Below, one piece after another: positions 26,822 through 36,123 of a stretch of DNA of 64,000 nt (its first letter is position 1; each line of letters starts with the position of its first letter). The notes under the pieces are model-generated. The model had not been told where the DNA came from. It ran no database searches and saw only the letters and a list, made by a program, of their open reading frames with translations. A program made the translations under genes and the position numbers. The stretch is from Candidatus Longimicrobiales bacterium M2_2A_002 (GTDB lineage Bacteria; Gemmatimonadota; Gemmatimonadetes; Longimicrobiales; RSA9): assembly GCA_051418035.1 (NCBI GenBank), contig JBPRGE010000149.1, positions 14,509 through 78,508 of the forward strand, given 5' to 3'.

Positions 26822-27307
26822 TTACGCGTCGGCGGTCCGGCCGAGCGCCTCGAGACCCCGGACCCCCTCGGACTGCAGGTCGTGGAGCCCGTGGCTCTCG
26901 GCCAGCTGCATGCAGGTCCGGTAGAACTCCTCGGCCGCGAACGGGGCGTCGCCGTTCCGTGCGTCATCGGCAAGGTCGAGCCCGGCCCGGACGATGGCGG
27001 GCACGTCCCCTGTCGGCGCGTGTGTGAGCAGCTCGGCGAGCAGCTGCCGCTCCCGGTCACGGCTCGGCAGCTGACCCAGCTCCTCGCGGACGGAGTCGCT
27101 CTGCTGCTGGAGCGACAGGCTGTCGATGTCGTCGCCCTGTCGGGCCAGTCGATGGAGAAGGCGGGCGGCCAGGAACCGGAGTCGCGCCCTCCGGCCGAGC
27201 TCGCCGTCCCGCTCGCGCTCCGCCAGGTCGCGGAGCGCGAGCCAGCCGGTGTACGCGTCATCGCGGGCCGGCAGGTCGAGCCGTGCGATCCGGTCGTAGC
27301 GTGCCAT
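26822..27307 (-). CDS. hypothetical protein, 161 aa, translationally coupled to the upstream AraC-type regulator
   Basis: ATG 27307 overlaps the stop of the regulator gene (TGATG). Helical, Arg/Leu/Asp-rich. No family recognised. Confidence 0.5.
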   Translation of the reverse strand: MARYDRIARLDLPARDDAYTGWLALRDLAERERDGELGRRARLRFLAARLLHRLARQGDDIDSLSLQQQSDSVREELGQLPSRDRERQLLAELLTHAPTGDVPAIVRAGLDLADDARNGDAPFAAEEFYRTCMQLAESHGLHDLQSEGVRGLEALGRTADA

Positions 27308-28095
27308 CAGACACCTCCTGCCGGCGCCATGGCGGGGTCGCCGGGGCAGTCCCTGGCGAAGCCGACCAGCGCCTCGTCGAGACCGTCGGTCTCGCGCATG
27401 GAGCCGGCGCCGTTCTCGAGCGTCACTTTCACGGCCCTGCGGAACGCCGCGCCGGACGAGTACCCGATCTGGGTGGCCACCGACTCCACGCTCCGCCCCG
27501 GCTCGAGGAGCCAGTGGATGCCGTAGATGATCCGCAGCCACAGCAGGATCCGGCCGGGCGTCGTCAGCCCCCAGTCCTGGCAGCGCCGCTCGAGCGTGGA
27601 GACGGAGTACCCGTTCAGCTCGGCGAGCGTCGGTACCTGGATCCCGTCGGGGATCCGCGCGGCCGCGGCCTGGACGAGGTTTCGGCCGTCGCTGCCCACC
27701 CGATCCCGGAGGGCGCCGTCGACGCGCAGGGCGATGTGGTCGGTGGTCGCGTCCTCCAGCCGCTCCGCCACCAGCCGCGCGTTGTAGGTGTCGGGTGCGA
27801 CCACGACATCGAACGCACCGGCCTTGCCGAGGCGGAAGAGGTCGCGGCCGTCCAGGTCGCCCCAGATGACGAGCGGGGTCCGGGGGTACCGGCGGAAGAA
27901 GCGGAGTACGCGAAGGGCGCCATCCTTGCCCGGCTCGGCGTGCAGATCCGCTACGGCGGCCGAAGCCGGCTCTCGCTTCACGATGGCGATCAGGTCACGC
28001 CAGTCATCGGCCCATATGAGCCGGTGGCCGGATGCCGCGGCCTCGAACGCGTCCCGATCTGCCGCGTCGGGCAGCAGTGCGGCGATCAATGCCAT
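27307..28095 (-). CDS. AraC-family transcriptional regulator with CheY-like N-terminal domain
   Basis: C-terminal double HTH (LAELNGYSVSTLERRCQDWGLTTPGRILLWLRIIYGIHWLL...IGYSSGAAFRRAVK). The N-terminal receiver-like fold keeps the Asp position (AAVADLHAEPGKDG), but the conserved Lys is replaced (VVVAP). ATG 28095; GTG 28101 is an alternative. Confidence 0.75.
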   Translation of the reverse strand: MALIAALLPDAADRDAFEAAASGHRLIWADDWRDLIAIVKREPASAAVADLHAEPGKDGALRVLRFFRRYPRTPLVIWGDLDGRDLFRLGKAGAFDVVVAPDTYNARLVAERLEDATTDHIALRVDGALRDRVGSDGRNLVQAAAARIPDGIQVPTLAELNGYSVSTLERRCQDWGLTTPGRILLWLRIIYGIHWLLEPGRSVESVATQIGYSSGAAFRRAVKVTLENGAGSMRETDGLDEALVGFARDCPGDPAMAPAGGV

Positions 28096-28261
28096 ACGCA
28101 CCTGTCCAGGGGGTAGTTATCTGGATTGTACCGGAATACTTGCCAGTGAGGCAAGGTGTACGTCGTACGCGGGTTCCTGGCGGGAGTGCCGGTGAACGCA
28201 CGGAGGGCCGCCAGACTGGCGCCCCCCCGGCGTCCGACTCGTCGCGGGTACCGGCTCCGCC

Positions 28262-30145
28262 TCAGTCCTCGAGGTCCGGCTTGGCCGGCTCGGCGACGTC
28301 CTTCTCGAGCCATGCGTGCTTCCCGTCGAGGACCTCCTGGGCGAGCTCGTAGGTCGCCCGATCCTCGTTGTCGAAGACCTCCTCGAAGGTGCCCTCGATA
28401 CGGCGGCGCGCGTGCCTGCAGAAGACATCGGCCATCCTGATCGGGCCGTCCCCCGCGCCGTTCTGCCCGACCCGCTTCAGCGCGTAGGAGCAGGTGGCGG
28501 CGATGGCGAACAGCTCGGCACCGATATCGACCATGCGACCCAGCACCGCCTGCTTCTTCTCGAGCCCGCCGCCGTAGCGGCCCATGGCGTAGGCCATCGC
28601 CCGGGCCAGCTTCCGGGCGCGGCGCTCGGCGAAGTTGATGTGCTCGGAGAGCGGGCCGAAGTCGCCGTGACGGGGCCAGTGGCTCCAGCCGGCCACGTTC
28701 CCGGCGAACCACTGGGCCATGTGGGCGCCCAGTCCGACGGCATCCCTGGCCTTGTCGCCCAGGTCGGCGTCGGGGTCCACGAAGCGGCCGGCCTTCTCGA
28801 GGTGCGGGTCCACGGCCTCGCGGGCGATGAAGAGCCGCATGATCTCGCTGGAACCCTCGAAGATCATGTTGATCCGGAGGTCGCGGAGCAGCTGCTCCAC
28901 CGGGACCGGCGCCTCACCGCGGCCTCTGAGCGATTCGGCGGTCTCGTAGCCCCGGCCGCCCCGGACCTGCATGGCCATGTCGCCGACCTTCCAGGCGGTC
29001 TCCGAGTTCCACATCTTGGCGATCGCCGCCTCGAGGCGGATATCGTAGTTCTCGGAGTCGGCGAGCATGGCCGAGATCTCGGCCATGGCGTCCATGGCGA
29101 AGGTGTGGGAAGCCATCCAGCCGAGCATCTGGGCCACGGCGTCGTGCCGGCCCACGGGCTGGCCCCACTGGACCCGCTCGGCGGCGAAGTCGCGGGCCAC
29201 GTGCGTGGCCCACTTCCCGGCCGCGGCGCAGGTCGCGGGGATGGTGAGCCGGCCGGTATTCAATGTGGTCAGGGCCAGCTTGAGCCCCTTCCCCTCGCCC
29301 AGGATGATGTTCTCCCTGGGGACCCGCACGTCCTCGAACTTGATGAGCCCGTTCTCGATCCCGCGGAGCCCCATGAACTCGCACCGGTGCTCCAGCGAGA
29401 CGCCCTCCCAGTCGTTCTCGACGATGAAGGCCGTGATGCGGCGCCGCTTCTGCCCCTCCTCCGCCGGCGTCGTGGCCATGACCACCGTGACATCGGCGAT
29501 GGGGGCGTTCGTGCACCACAGCTTCTCGCCGTTCAGGATGTAGGTTTCTCCGTCATCGGTGGGCTCGGCCGTCGCCTCGACCCGGGCAGGGTCGGAGCCC
29601 ACATCGGGCTCCGTGAGGGCGAACGCCGAGATCTGGCCATCGGCGAACCGGGGCAGGTACTTCTTCTTCTGCTCCGGCGTACCGAACATCTTGAGCGGCT
29701 GCGGCACGCCGATGGACTGGTGCGCCGACAGGAGCACGCCGATGGCGGACGAGTAGGTGCTGATCATGGCGATGGCCCGGCCGTACATCACCTGGGAGAG
29801 CTCCAGCCCGCCGTACTCCTGCGGGATCTTCATGGCGAACGCGTTGTGCTCCCGGAGCCCATCGATCACGTGGTCGGGGATCTTCCCGTCGAGGTCGATC
29901 TGAATGCCGTCGACCTCGTTCTCCATGAACTCCCTGATGTCGCGCATGAACTTCTCGCCACGCGCCCGTGCGCCGTCGTCGGGCTCCGGCAGCGGGTGGA
30001 TCAGGTCCATCCGCAGGTTGCCGAGGAACAGCTCCTTCACGAAGCTGGGCTTCAACCATTCCTTCTCGCGTGCGGCCTCGGTGACCTCCCTGGCGTCCTT
30101 CTCGGTGACCTGGCCGGCTCTCTGCTGTGGTGTCTTCGTGCTCAT
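28262..30145 (-). CDS. acyl-CoA dehydrogenase family protein (long form, ~627 aa)
   Basis: ATG 30145 with GAAGGAAGG upstream. ACAD motifs FALTEPDVGSDPA and IFEGSSEIM. N- and C-terminal extensions. Confidence 0.85.
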   Translation of the reverse strand: MSTKTPQQRAGQVTEKDAREVTEAAREKEWLKPSFVKELFLGNLRMDLIHPLPEPDDGARARGEKFMRDIREFMENEVDGIQIDLDGKIPDHVIDGLREHNAFAMKIPQEYGGLELSQVMYGRAIAMISTYSSAIGVLLSAHQSIGVPQPLKMFGTPEQKKKYLPRFADGQISAFALTEPDVGSDPARVEATAEPTDDGETYILNGEKLWCTNAPIADVTVVMATTPAEEGQKRRRITAFIVENDWEGVSLEHRCEFMGLRGIENGLIKFEDVRVPRENIILGEGKGLKLALTTLNTGRLTIPATCAAAGKWATHVARDFAAERVQWGQPVGRHDAVAQMLGWMASHTFAMDAMAEISAMLADSENYDIRLEAAIAKMWNSETAWKVGDMAMQVRGGRGYETAESLRGRGEAPVPVEQLLRDLRINMIFEGSSEIMRLFIAREAVDPHLEKAGRFVDPDADLGDKARDAVGLGAHMAQWFAGNVAGWSHWPRHGDFGPLSEHINFAERRARKLARAMAYAMGRYGGGLEKKQAVLGRMVDIGAELFAIAATCSYALKRVGQNGAGDGPIRMADVFCRHARRRIEGTFEEVFDNEDRATYELAQEVLDGKHAWLEKDVAEPAKPDLED

Positions 30146-30303
30146 AAGCGACCTTCCTTCGCCATCGCGGGTTCGTTGGGGCTGTGGTCGCAAATACCCG
30201 GCCACCCCCGGTGGGGTCCAGCGGCGGAGGTCGGGCCGCAGCTTGCCCCATCACGGGTCCGCATTCCAGAATGCCGCGAGCCCACCACCCACAGGGAGCC
30301 CAC

Positions 30304-32049
30304 ATGCCGACACTCGATCGCCGCACCTTCATGACCCAGCTCTCCGCGCTCGGAATCGGGGGTGTGCTCGCCGACGGGATCTGGACCGGGCTCCAGGAGC
30401 AGGAGGAGGTGACCGCCGACATCGTGCGGGACGCCGAGGTCGTGGCCGGGCTGGAGTTCACGGACGAGGAGCGGGAGCAGATGGTCGAGGGCCTGAACCG
30501 TCAGCTCGAGGCGTACCGGGCGCTGCGCGAGGTCCCGCTGCCGAACGGGGTCCCGCCGGCCGTCCGGTTCGATCCGCTGCTCCCGCACATGTCGGTACCG
30601 GACGCCGCCAGGGAGGACGGGGGGGCCGCAGACCGCCTGGCCCGGGTCCAGGTCGCCCGGCAGGGAGCCGTGCAGCGGCCTGCCGAGCTGGAGGACGTGG
30701 CGTTCTGGCCCGTGACCCGACTGGCGGAGCTGATCCGCACGGGGCAGGTCACGTCGGTGGAGCTCACGGAGATGTACCTGGACCGGCTACGTCGCCACGG
30801 GCCCACGCTGGAGGCGGTGATCACGCGGACCGATGAGCTGGCGCTCCGGCAGGCGCGTCGGGCGGACGCGGAGCTGAAGAGCGGCCGCTGGCGGGGCCCG
30901 CTCCACGGGATCCCGTGGGGCGCCAAGGATCTGCTTTCGAAGGAGGGGTACCGGACCACGTGGGGCGCGAAGCCGTACGAGGAGCAGATGATCCCGGAGG
31001 ACGCGACGGTCGTCCGGCGGCTGGAGGAGGCCGGCGCGGTGCTGGTGGCCAAGCTCACGCTGGGCGCGCTGGCCATGGGCGACCGGTGGTACGGCGGCCG
31101 GACCCGGAACCCGTGGGACCTGGAGCAGGGCTCGAGCGGGTCGTCGGCCGGGTCGGCCGCCGCCACGGTGGCGGGGCTGGTCGGGTTCGGGATCGGGACG
31201 GAGACGCTCGGCTCCATCGTATCGCCGTGCACCCGGACGGGGGCGACCGGGCTGCGTCCGACGTTCGGCCGCGTGAGCCGACACGGCGCCATGGCGCTCT
31301 CCTGGACCATGGACAAGATCGGACCGATCTGCCGGAGCGCCGAGGACTGCGCGCTCGTGCTGGCCGCGATCCATGGCGCTGACGGGAAGGACCCCACGGC
31401 CCGGACCGTGGCCTTCGACTACGACGGACGACGCCCGCTGTCCGAGCTCCGGGTCGGCTACCTGAAGGCCGGGTTCGAGCGGGAGGCGCAGGGGGAGGAC
31501 GAGGAGGACATCGAGCGTGCCCGTCGGGCGATCCAGCTGGATCAGCGGACGCTGTCGACGATCCGGGGCCTCGGCGTGGAGCCGGTCCCGGTGGAGCTGC
31601 CCGGGGACCTCCCCGTCTCGGAGCTGCTGATCATCCTCGAGGCCGAGGCCGCCGCCGCGTTCGATGAGCTGACCCGGAGCGGCCGCGACGACCTGCTCGT
31701 GTCCCAGGAGGCGTGGTCGTGGCCGAACTCGTTCCGCCAGGCCCGCCTGATCCCCGCCGTGGAGTACATCCAGGCGAACCGGATCCGGACCATGCTCATG
31801 GGTGAGATGGAGAAAGTCATGGCCGAGGTCGACGTGTTCGTGACCCCGAGCTACGCCGGGAGCCTGCTCCTGACCACGAACCTCACGGGCCACCCGGCGG
31901 TGGTGGTCCCCAACGGCTTCATCGACGGCCACCCGACGAGCATCTCCTTCATCGGGGGGCTGTACCGCGAGGACGCGGCGGTCCGGCTGGCGGCGGCATA
32001 CCAGGCGACGACGGACTTCCACAGCCGGGTGCCCGCGGCGTTCCGGTAA
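30304..32049 (+). CDS. amidase-signature family amidase with Tat signal
   Basis: ATG 30304. DRRTFMTQLSALGIGG twin-arginine leader. HGIPWGAKD and the Gly/Ser block GSSGSSAGSAAATVAG. Confidence 0.85.
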   Translation: MPTLDRRTFMTQLSALGIGGVLADGIWTGLQEQEEVTADIVRDAEVVAGLEFTDEEREQMVEGLNRQLEAYRALREVPLPNGVPPAVRFDPLLPHMSVPDAAREDGGAADRLARVQVARQGAVQRPAELEDVAFWPVTRLAELIRTGQVTSVELTEMYLDRLRRHGPTLEAVITRTDELALRQARRADAELKSGRWRGPLHGIPWGAKDLLSKEGYRTTWGAKPYEEQMIPEDATVVRRLEEAGAVLVAKLTLGALAMGDRWYGGRTRNPWDLEQGSSGSSAGSAAATVAGLVGFGIGTETLGSIVSPCTRTGATGLRPTFGRVSRHGAMALSWTMDKIGPICRSAEDCALVLAAIHGADGKDPTARTVAFDYDGRRPLSELRVGYLKAGFEREAQGEDEEDIERARRAIQLDQRTLSTIRGLGVEPVPVELPGDLPVSELLIILEAEAAAAFDELTRSGRDDLLVSQEAWSWPNSFRQARLIPAVEYIQANRIRTMLMGEMEKVMAEVDVFVTPSYAGSLLLTTNLTGHPAVVVPNGFIDGHPTSISFIGGLYREDAAVRLAAAYQATTDFHSRVPAAFR

Positions 32050-32387
32050 GCCGGCGGGGGCCGGCGGCGGGGGCTCGCTACGCTCGCCCGGCTGGGGCCG
32101 TTCCCGGAGCTCGCGGTCCGCGGGCGCTCCGGCTCGTCAGGCCCGGGGCGCTCGATGGGTCTCGTGGGGTGCGGCATCCCCGGCGTCTCTTCGGGAATGC
32201 TCGTGGTCCGCGGCGTTCGTGCACGGGATCGTCGGGCCCCGTTCCGCGCCCCCCGGCAGGTCGATGCCGTCCGCTGCGAGCTTAACCTGCCGGAAGGGAA
32301 GAAGCCCGCCGTGAACCCGCGCTGTCCCGGTCGAAGGCCGCCGCCGCGCCGCGCCGCCGCGTCCGCCGGCGAGCCCGAAGGGCGAGC

Positions 32388-33542
32388 CTACCTCAGCATC
32401 AGCTTCGCGATGGTCTGCTTCTGCATGTTGCTGGTGCCCTCGTAGATCGTACCGATCTTGGCGTCGCGGTAGAGCTTCTCGACGGGGTACTCCCTGGTGA
32501 AGCCGTAGCCGCCGTGGAGGTCGACGCAGGTGGACGCGATCCGCTGGGCGACCTCGGAGGAGTAGAGCTTGGCCATGGCCGCCTCGGCGAGGAACGGCCG
32601 GTCGGCCTCCTTGAGGCGCGCGGCGTTGTAGACCATGAGCCGGGCGGCCTCGAGCTCCGTCCGCATCTCGGCGAGCTGGAACTGCACGCCCTGGAAGTCG
32701 CTGATGGTGCGGCCGAACTGCTCGCGTTCCTGGACGTACCGCAGCGTGTGGTCGAGGGCGCCCTGGGCGAGGCCCACCATCTGGGCGCCGATCCCGATCC
32801 GGCCCTCGTTCAGCTGCTCGATGGCGATCTTGTAGCCCTTCCCGACCTCGCCTATGACATTGGCGTCGGGGACGCGGACGCCGTCGAAGACCAGCTCGAC
32901 GGTGGATGACGCCCGGATCCCGAGCTTGTCCTCCTTCTTCCCGACGGTGAACCCGTCGGTGTCCCGCTCCACCAGGAACGCGGTGATCCCCTTGTAGCCG
33001 GCGTCCGGGTCGACATTGGCGAAGACGATGAAGAGCTCGGCCTCGTCCCCGTTGGTGATCCAGAGCTTGGTGCCGTCGATGACCCACTCGTCGCCGTCCT
33101 TCTCCGCGCGGGTGGTCAGGGCGAAGGCGTCGGAGCCGGCGCCGGCCTCGGAGAGGGCGTAGGCGCCCACGGCGTCGGAGGCGAGGCGCGGAAGGTAGCG
33201 CTCCTTCAGGTCGTCGCTCCCGTACCGCTTGATGCCGGTGTCGACCAGCGTGTTCTGGACGTCCACCAGGACCGCCACGGCGGGGTCGACCCGGGAGAGC
33301 TCCTCGACCACGAGGACGGACGTGAAGAACGACGCGTCGACACCGCCGTGCTCCTCCGGGATCTCGATCCCCATGAGCCCGAGCTCGAAGAGCGTCTCGA
33401 TGAGGTCGGGGTCCATCTTCGCGTCCCGATCCATGTCCATGACCAGGGGCGCGATCTGCTCCTCCGCGAACTGGCGGACCATGTCGCGGAACATGCCTTC
33501 CTCTTCGCTCAGCGCCGTGAGTGCCGGTCGCTCGATATCCAT
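32388..33542 (-). CDS. acyl-CoA dehydrogenase (short/medium-chain type)
   Basis: ATG 33542 (track start 33554 is a GTG). ALSEAGAGSDAF and IYEGTSNMQ; 384 aa. Confidence 0.9.
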   Translation of the reverse strand: MDIERPALTALSEEEGMFRDMVRQFAEEQIAPLVMDMDRDAKMDPDLIETLFELGLMGIEIPEEHGGVDASFFTSVLVVEELSRVDPAVAVLVDVQNTLVDTGIKRYGSDDLKERYLPRLASDAVGAYALSEAGAGSDAFALTTRAEKDGDEWVIDGTKLWITNGDEAELFIVFANVDPDAGYKGITAFLVERDTDGFTVGKKEDKLGIRASSTVELVFDGVRVPDANVIGEVGKGYKIAIEQLNEGRIGIGAQMVGLAQGALDHTLRYVQEREQFGRTISDFQGVQFQLAEMRTELEAARLMVYNAARLKEADRPFLAEAAMAKLYSSEVAQRIASTCVDLHGGYGFTREYPVEKLYRDAKIGTIYEGTSNMQKQTIAKLMLR

Positions 33543-33647
33543 CGTCGTCCCCACTCCAGTGTGATCAGGTCGCGGCCACCGTGATTATCCCGCCGTCGTT
33601 GGCTATACTATCCCGGGCCCCCGAGCACGGAAAGCCAGGAGGAATCG

Positions 33648-33869
33648 ATGGATGACGACCGGTGCAAGGAGATGGTGGAGCTGGTCCGGAAGACGCGCCA
33701 TGACGCGAACAGCCCCATCACCGCCGCGCTGGGCCACGTGCAGCTCCTGCTCGACGAGCCAGCCGCGCAGGATGACGAGGTGCAGGAGTCGCTGAAGCTG
33801 GTGGAGAACGAGCTGAAGCGGCTGATCGATATTCTGGCCCGTCTCAAGGAAGTGAAGTACGAGGCGTAG
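33648..33869 (+). CDS. stand-alone HisKA/DHp-like domain protein, 73 aa
   Basis: ATG 33648 with AGGAGG 5 nt upstream. H-box-like RHDANSPITAALGHVQLLL followed by a second helix (LKLVENELKRLIDILARLKEV). There is no ATPase (CA) domain and no sensor. Confidence 0.5.
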   Translation: MDDDRCKEMVELVRKTRHDANSPITAALGHVQLLLDEPAAQDDEVQESLKLVENELKRLIDILARLKEVKYEA

Positions 33870-33959
33870 GCCGACGACGCCGGGCGGGTCGCCTTGACGC
33901 CACCGGTCGGCCGGGCCATCGTGCCTCGCTGACGTCACGTGACACCAATTGGAGGAGAG

Positions 33960-34346
33960 ATGCCTGATCTGCCTTCGGGTCTCCTGTATACCGAGGAGCA
34001 CGAGTACCTGGCGAAGACCGACCAGGACGATGTCTATAACGTGGGGATCACCGACTACGCGCAGGGCGAGCTGGGCGACATCGTGTTCGTCGAGCTGCCC
34101 GAGGCCGGCGAGAGCTTCGGCAGGGGCGATGCCTTCGGCACGGTCGAGGCGGTGAAGGCGGTGAGCGACCTGTACATGCCGGTGGCCGGTGAGGTCGTGG
34201 AGGTGAACGAGGGGCTGAACGACGACCCGTCGCAGGTCAACTCGGACCCGTACGGCGACGGCTGGATGATCCGGATCAAGGTCACCAACCCGTCGGACCT
34301 GGACGACCTCATGGACGCCGACGCGTACGGCGCTCACATCGAGTAG
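33960..34346 (+). CDS. gcvH: glycine cleavage system protein H
   Basis: ATG 33960 with GGAGGAG upstream. Lipoyl-lysine motif VEAVKAVSDLY. Confidence 0.9.
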   Translation: MPDLPSGLLYTEEHEYLAKTDQDDVYNVGITDYAQGELGDIVFVELPEAGESFGRGDAFGTVEAVKAVSDLYMPVAGEVVEVNEGLNDDPSQVNSDPYGDGWMIRIKVTNPSDLDDLMDADAYGAHIE

Positions 34347-34433
34347 GTCGATCGATCGAGCTCGAGAACCGCGAGCTCGCACAGCGCAAGCGTACGCGCA
34401 CCCACAACGCGAGAGCAGCCCGGGAGGACTCCC

Positions 34434-35120
34434 ATGGCTCGACTTACCTGGCACGGTCACTCGACATTCACGCTCGAGACCGATTCGGGTCATCGCATCA
34501 TGTTCGACCCGTACCTGGACGAGAACCCGAAGTCCGACATCAAGGTGGACGACGTGGATGAGCTGGACTTCATCCTGGTCAGCCACGGCCACTTCGATCA
34601 CTTCCAGGACGCGATCCCGCTGGCCCGGAAGACCGGCGCCACGCTGCTCTCCACGTTCGAGATCGTGGGGTTCTGCCAGGAGAACGGGCTCGAGAACGTG
34701 CACCCGCTCCATATCGGCGGCGGGAACCACTTCGCGTTCGGCTACGCCAAGATGACGCCGGCGCTGCACGGCGGGCAGGTGGACGGCGACGAGGAGGGCG
34801 CGTTCACCACCGTACCGGGCGGCTGGTGGCTGGACATGGGCGACAAGACGCTCTATCACGCCGGCGACACGGCGCTCCTGACGGACATGAAGCTGCTGAA
34901 GGGGAAGGTCGACGTCGCGCTGCTGCCCATCGGCGACAACTTCACCATGGGCCCGGAAGACGCGGCCACGGCGGTGGAGTTCATCGAGCCACGGGTGGTC
35001 ATCCCGATGCACTACTCGACCTGGGAGCCGATCGAGCAGGACCCGAACGCGTTCCGGGACAGGGTGGCGGGGCTGGCGGAGGTCGTGATCCTGGACCCGG
35101 GCGACAGCTACAACTTCTAG
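34434..35120 (+). CDS. metal-dependent hydrolase, MBL fold (UPF0173-like)
   Basis: VSHGHFDH, HAGDT; 228 aa. GGGAGGA RBS. Confidence 0.8.
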   Translation: MARLTWHGHSTFTLETDSGHRIMFDPYLDENPKSDIKVDDVDELDFILVSHGHFDHFQDAIPLARKTGATLLSTFEIVGFCQENGLENVHPLHIGGGNHFAFGYAKMTPALHGGQVDGDEEGAFTTVPGGWWLDMGDKTLYHAGDTALLTDMKLLKGKVDVALLPIGDNFTMGPEDAATAVEFIEPRVVIPMHYSTWEPIEQDPNAFRDRVAGLAEVVILDPGDSYNF

Positions 35121-35156
35121 CGACGATCGCACTCACCCCATCGAGGGAGCCCCCCT

Positions 35157-35513
35157 ATGGACATCATCCCCCTTGCCGGGATGCTCTTCTCGCTCCTCAT
35201 GGTGCTCGTGATCGGAGGGCTGATCCTCCTGTTCCCGATCTCGCGCCGGCTCGGGAAGTTCCTCGAGATCCGGATCGATGAGCGCATGGAGTGGGACACG
35301 CTCCCGAAGGAAGCGTTCAACGAGCTCATGAGCGTGGTCGAGGAGCTCCAGAACGAGGTGCAGCGGCTGAGTGAGCGGCAGCAGTTCGTGGAGCGGCTGC
35401 TGGAGCCCGGGAGGGAGCCGGAGCGGTCCGGGCGGGCGGGAGAGCCCGGGTCGGGTGCGGGTGACGCGGACCCGGAGGCCACCGGCCGGGATCAGGGCGG
35501 CGGCCCGGAGTGA
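35157..35513 (+). CDS. hypothetical small membrane protein, 118 aa
   Basis: ATG 35157 (GAGGGAG upstream). N-terminal TM helix (MLFSLLMVLVIGGLILLFPI), coiled-coil-like middle, Gly/Pro/Glu-rich tail. 4-nt overlap with msrA. Confidence 0.45.
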   Translation: MDIIPLAGMLFSLLMVLVIGGLILLFPISRRLGKFLEIRIDERMEWDTLPKEAFNELMSVVEELQNEVQRLSERQQFVERLLEPGREPERSGRAGEPGSGAGDADPEATGRDQGGGPE

Positions 35514-36055
35514 CCGAGACCGCCACCCTGGGCGGTGGCTGCTTCTGGTGCCTGGAGGCCGTGTTCGAGCGGCTCGAGGGCGTGGAGTCGGTCACCTCGG
35601 GGTACGCCGGCGGGCACGTGGAGAACCCCACCTACCGTCAGGTGTGCAGCAAGACCACCGGACACGCCGAGGTGGTCCGGATCGAGTACGACCCCGACGT
35701 GATCCCCTTCCGGGAGCTGCTCCGGGCCTTCTTCGCGACGCACGATCCCACCACGCCCGACCGCCAGGGAGCCGACGTGGGTCCGCAGTACCGGTCGATC
35801 ATCCTCTACGAAACCGACGCGCAGCGGGACGCGGCGGAGGAGGTCATGGCGCGGCTCGAGGCCGAGGGCGTCTTCGACGACCCGATCGTCACGGAGCTGG
35901 AGCCCCTCGAGGCGTTCTTCGAGGCCGAGCCCGAGCACCAGGATTTCTACCGGAGCAACCCGTCATACGGGTACTGCCGGGTCGTGATCGACCCGAAGGT
36001 GGCAAAGCTGCGGACGGAGTTCTCGGACCGGCTGAAGGGCGGGGGCAGGGGCTAG
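35510..36055 (+). CDS. msrA: peptide-methionine (S)-S-oxide reductase
   Basis: GTG 35510 (GTGA overlap). Active site GGGCFWC. GHAEVVRIEYDP. Confidence 0.9.
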   Translation: MTETATLGGGCFWCLEAVFERLEGVESVTSGYAGGHVENPTYRQVCSKTTGHAEVVRIEYDPDVIPFRELLRAFFATHDPTTPDRQGADVGPQYRSIILYETDAQRDAAEEVMARLEAEGVFDDPIVTELEPLEAFFEAEPEHQDFYRSNPSYGYCRVVIDPKVAKLRTEFSDRLKGGGRG

Positions 36056-36123
36056 AGTCGAGAGGCTAGAGTCCAGAGGTCTTCGGCGCGTCGGGTGTGG
36101 GCGCGATCCAGCTCGGGGGTGCT

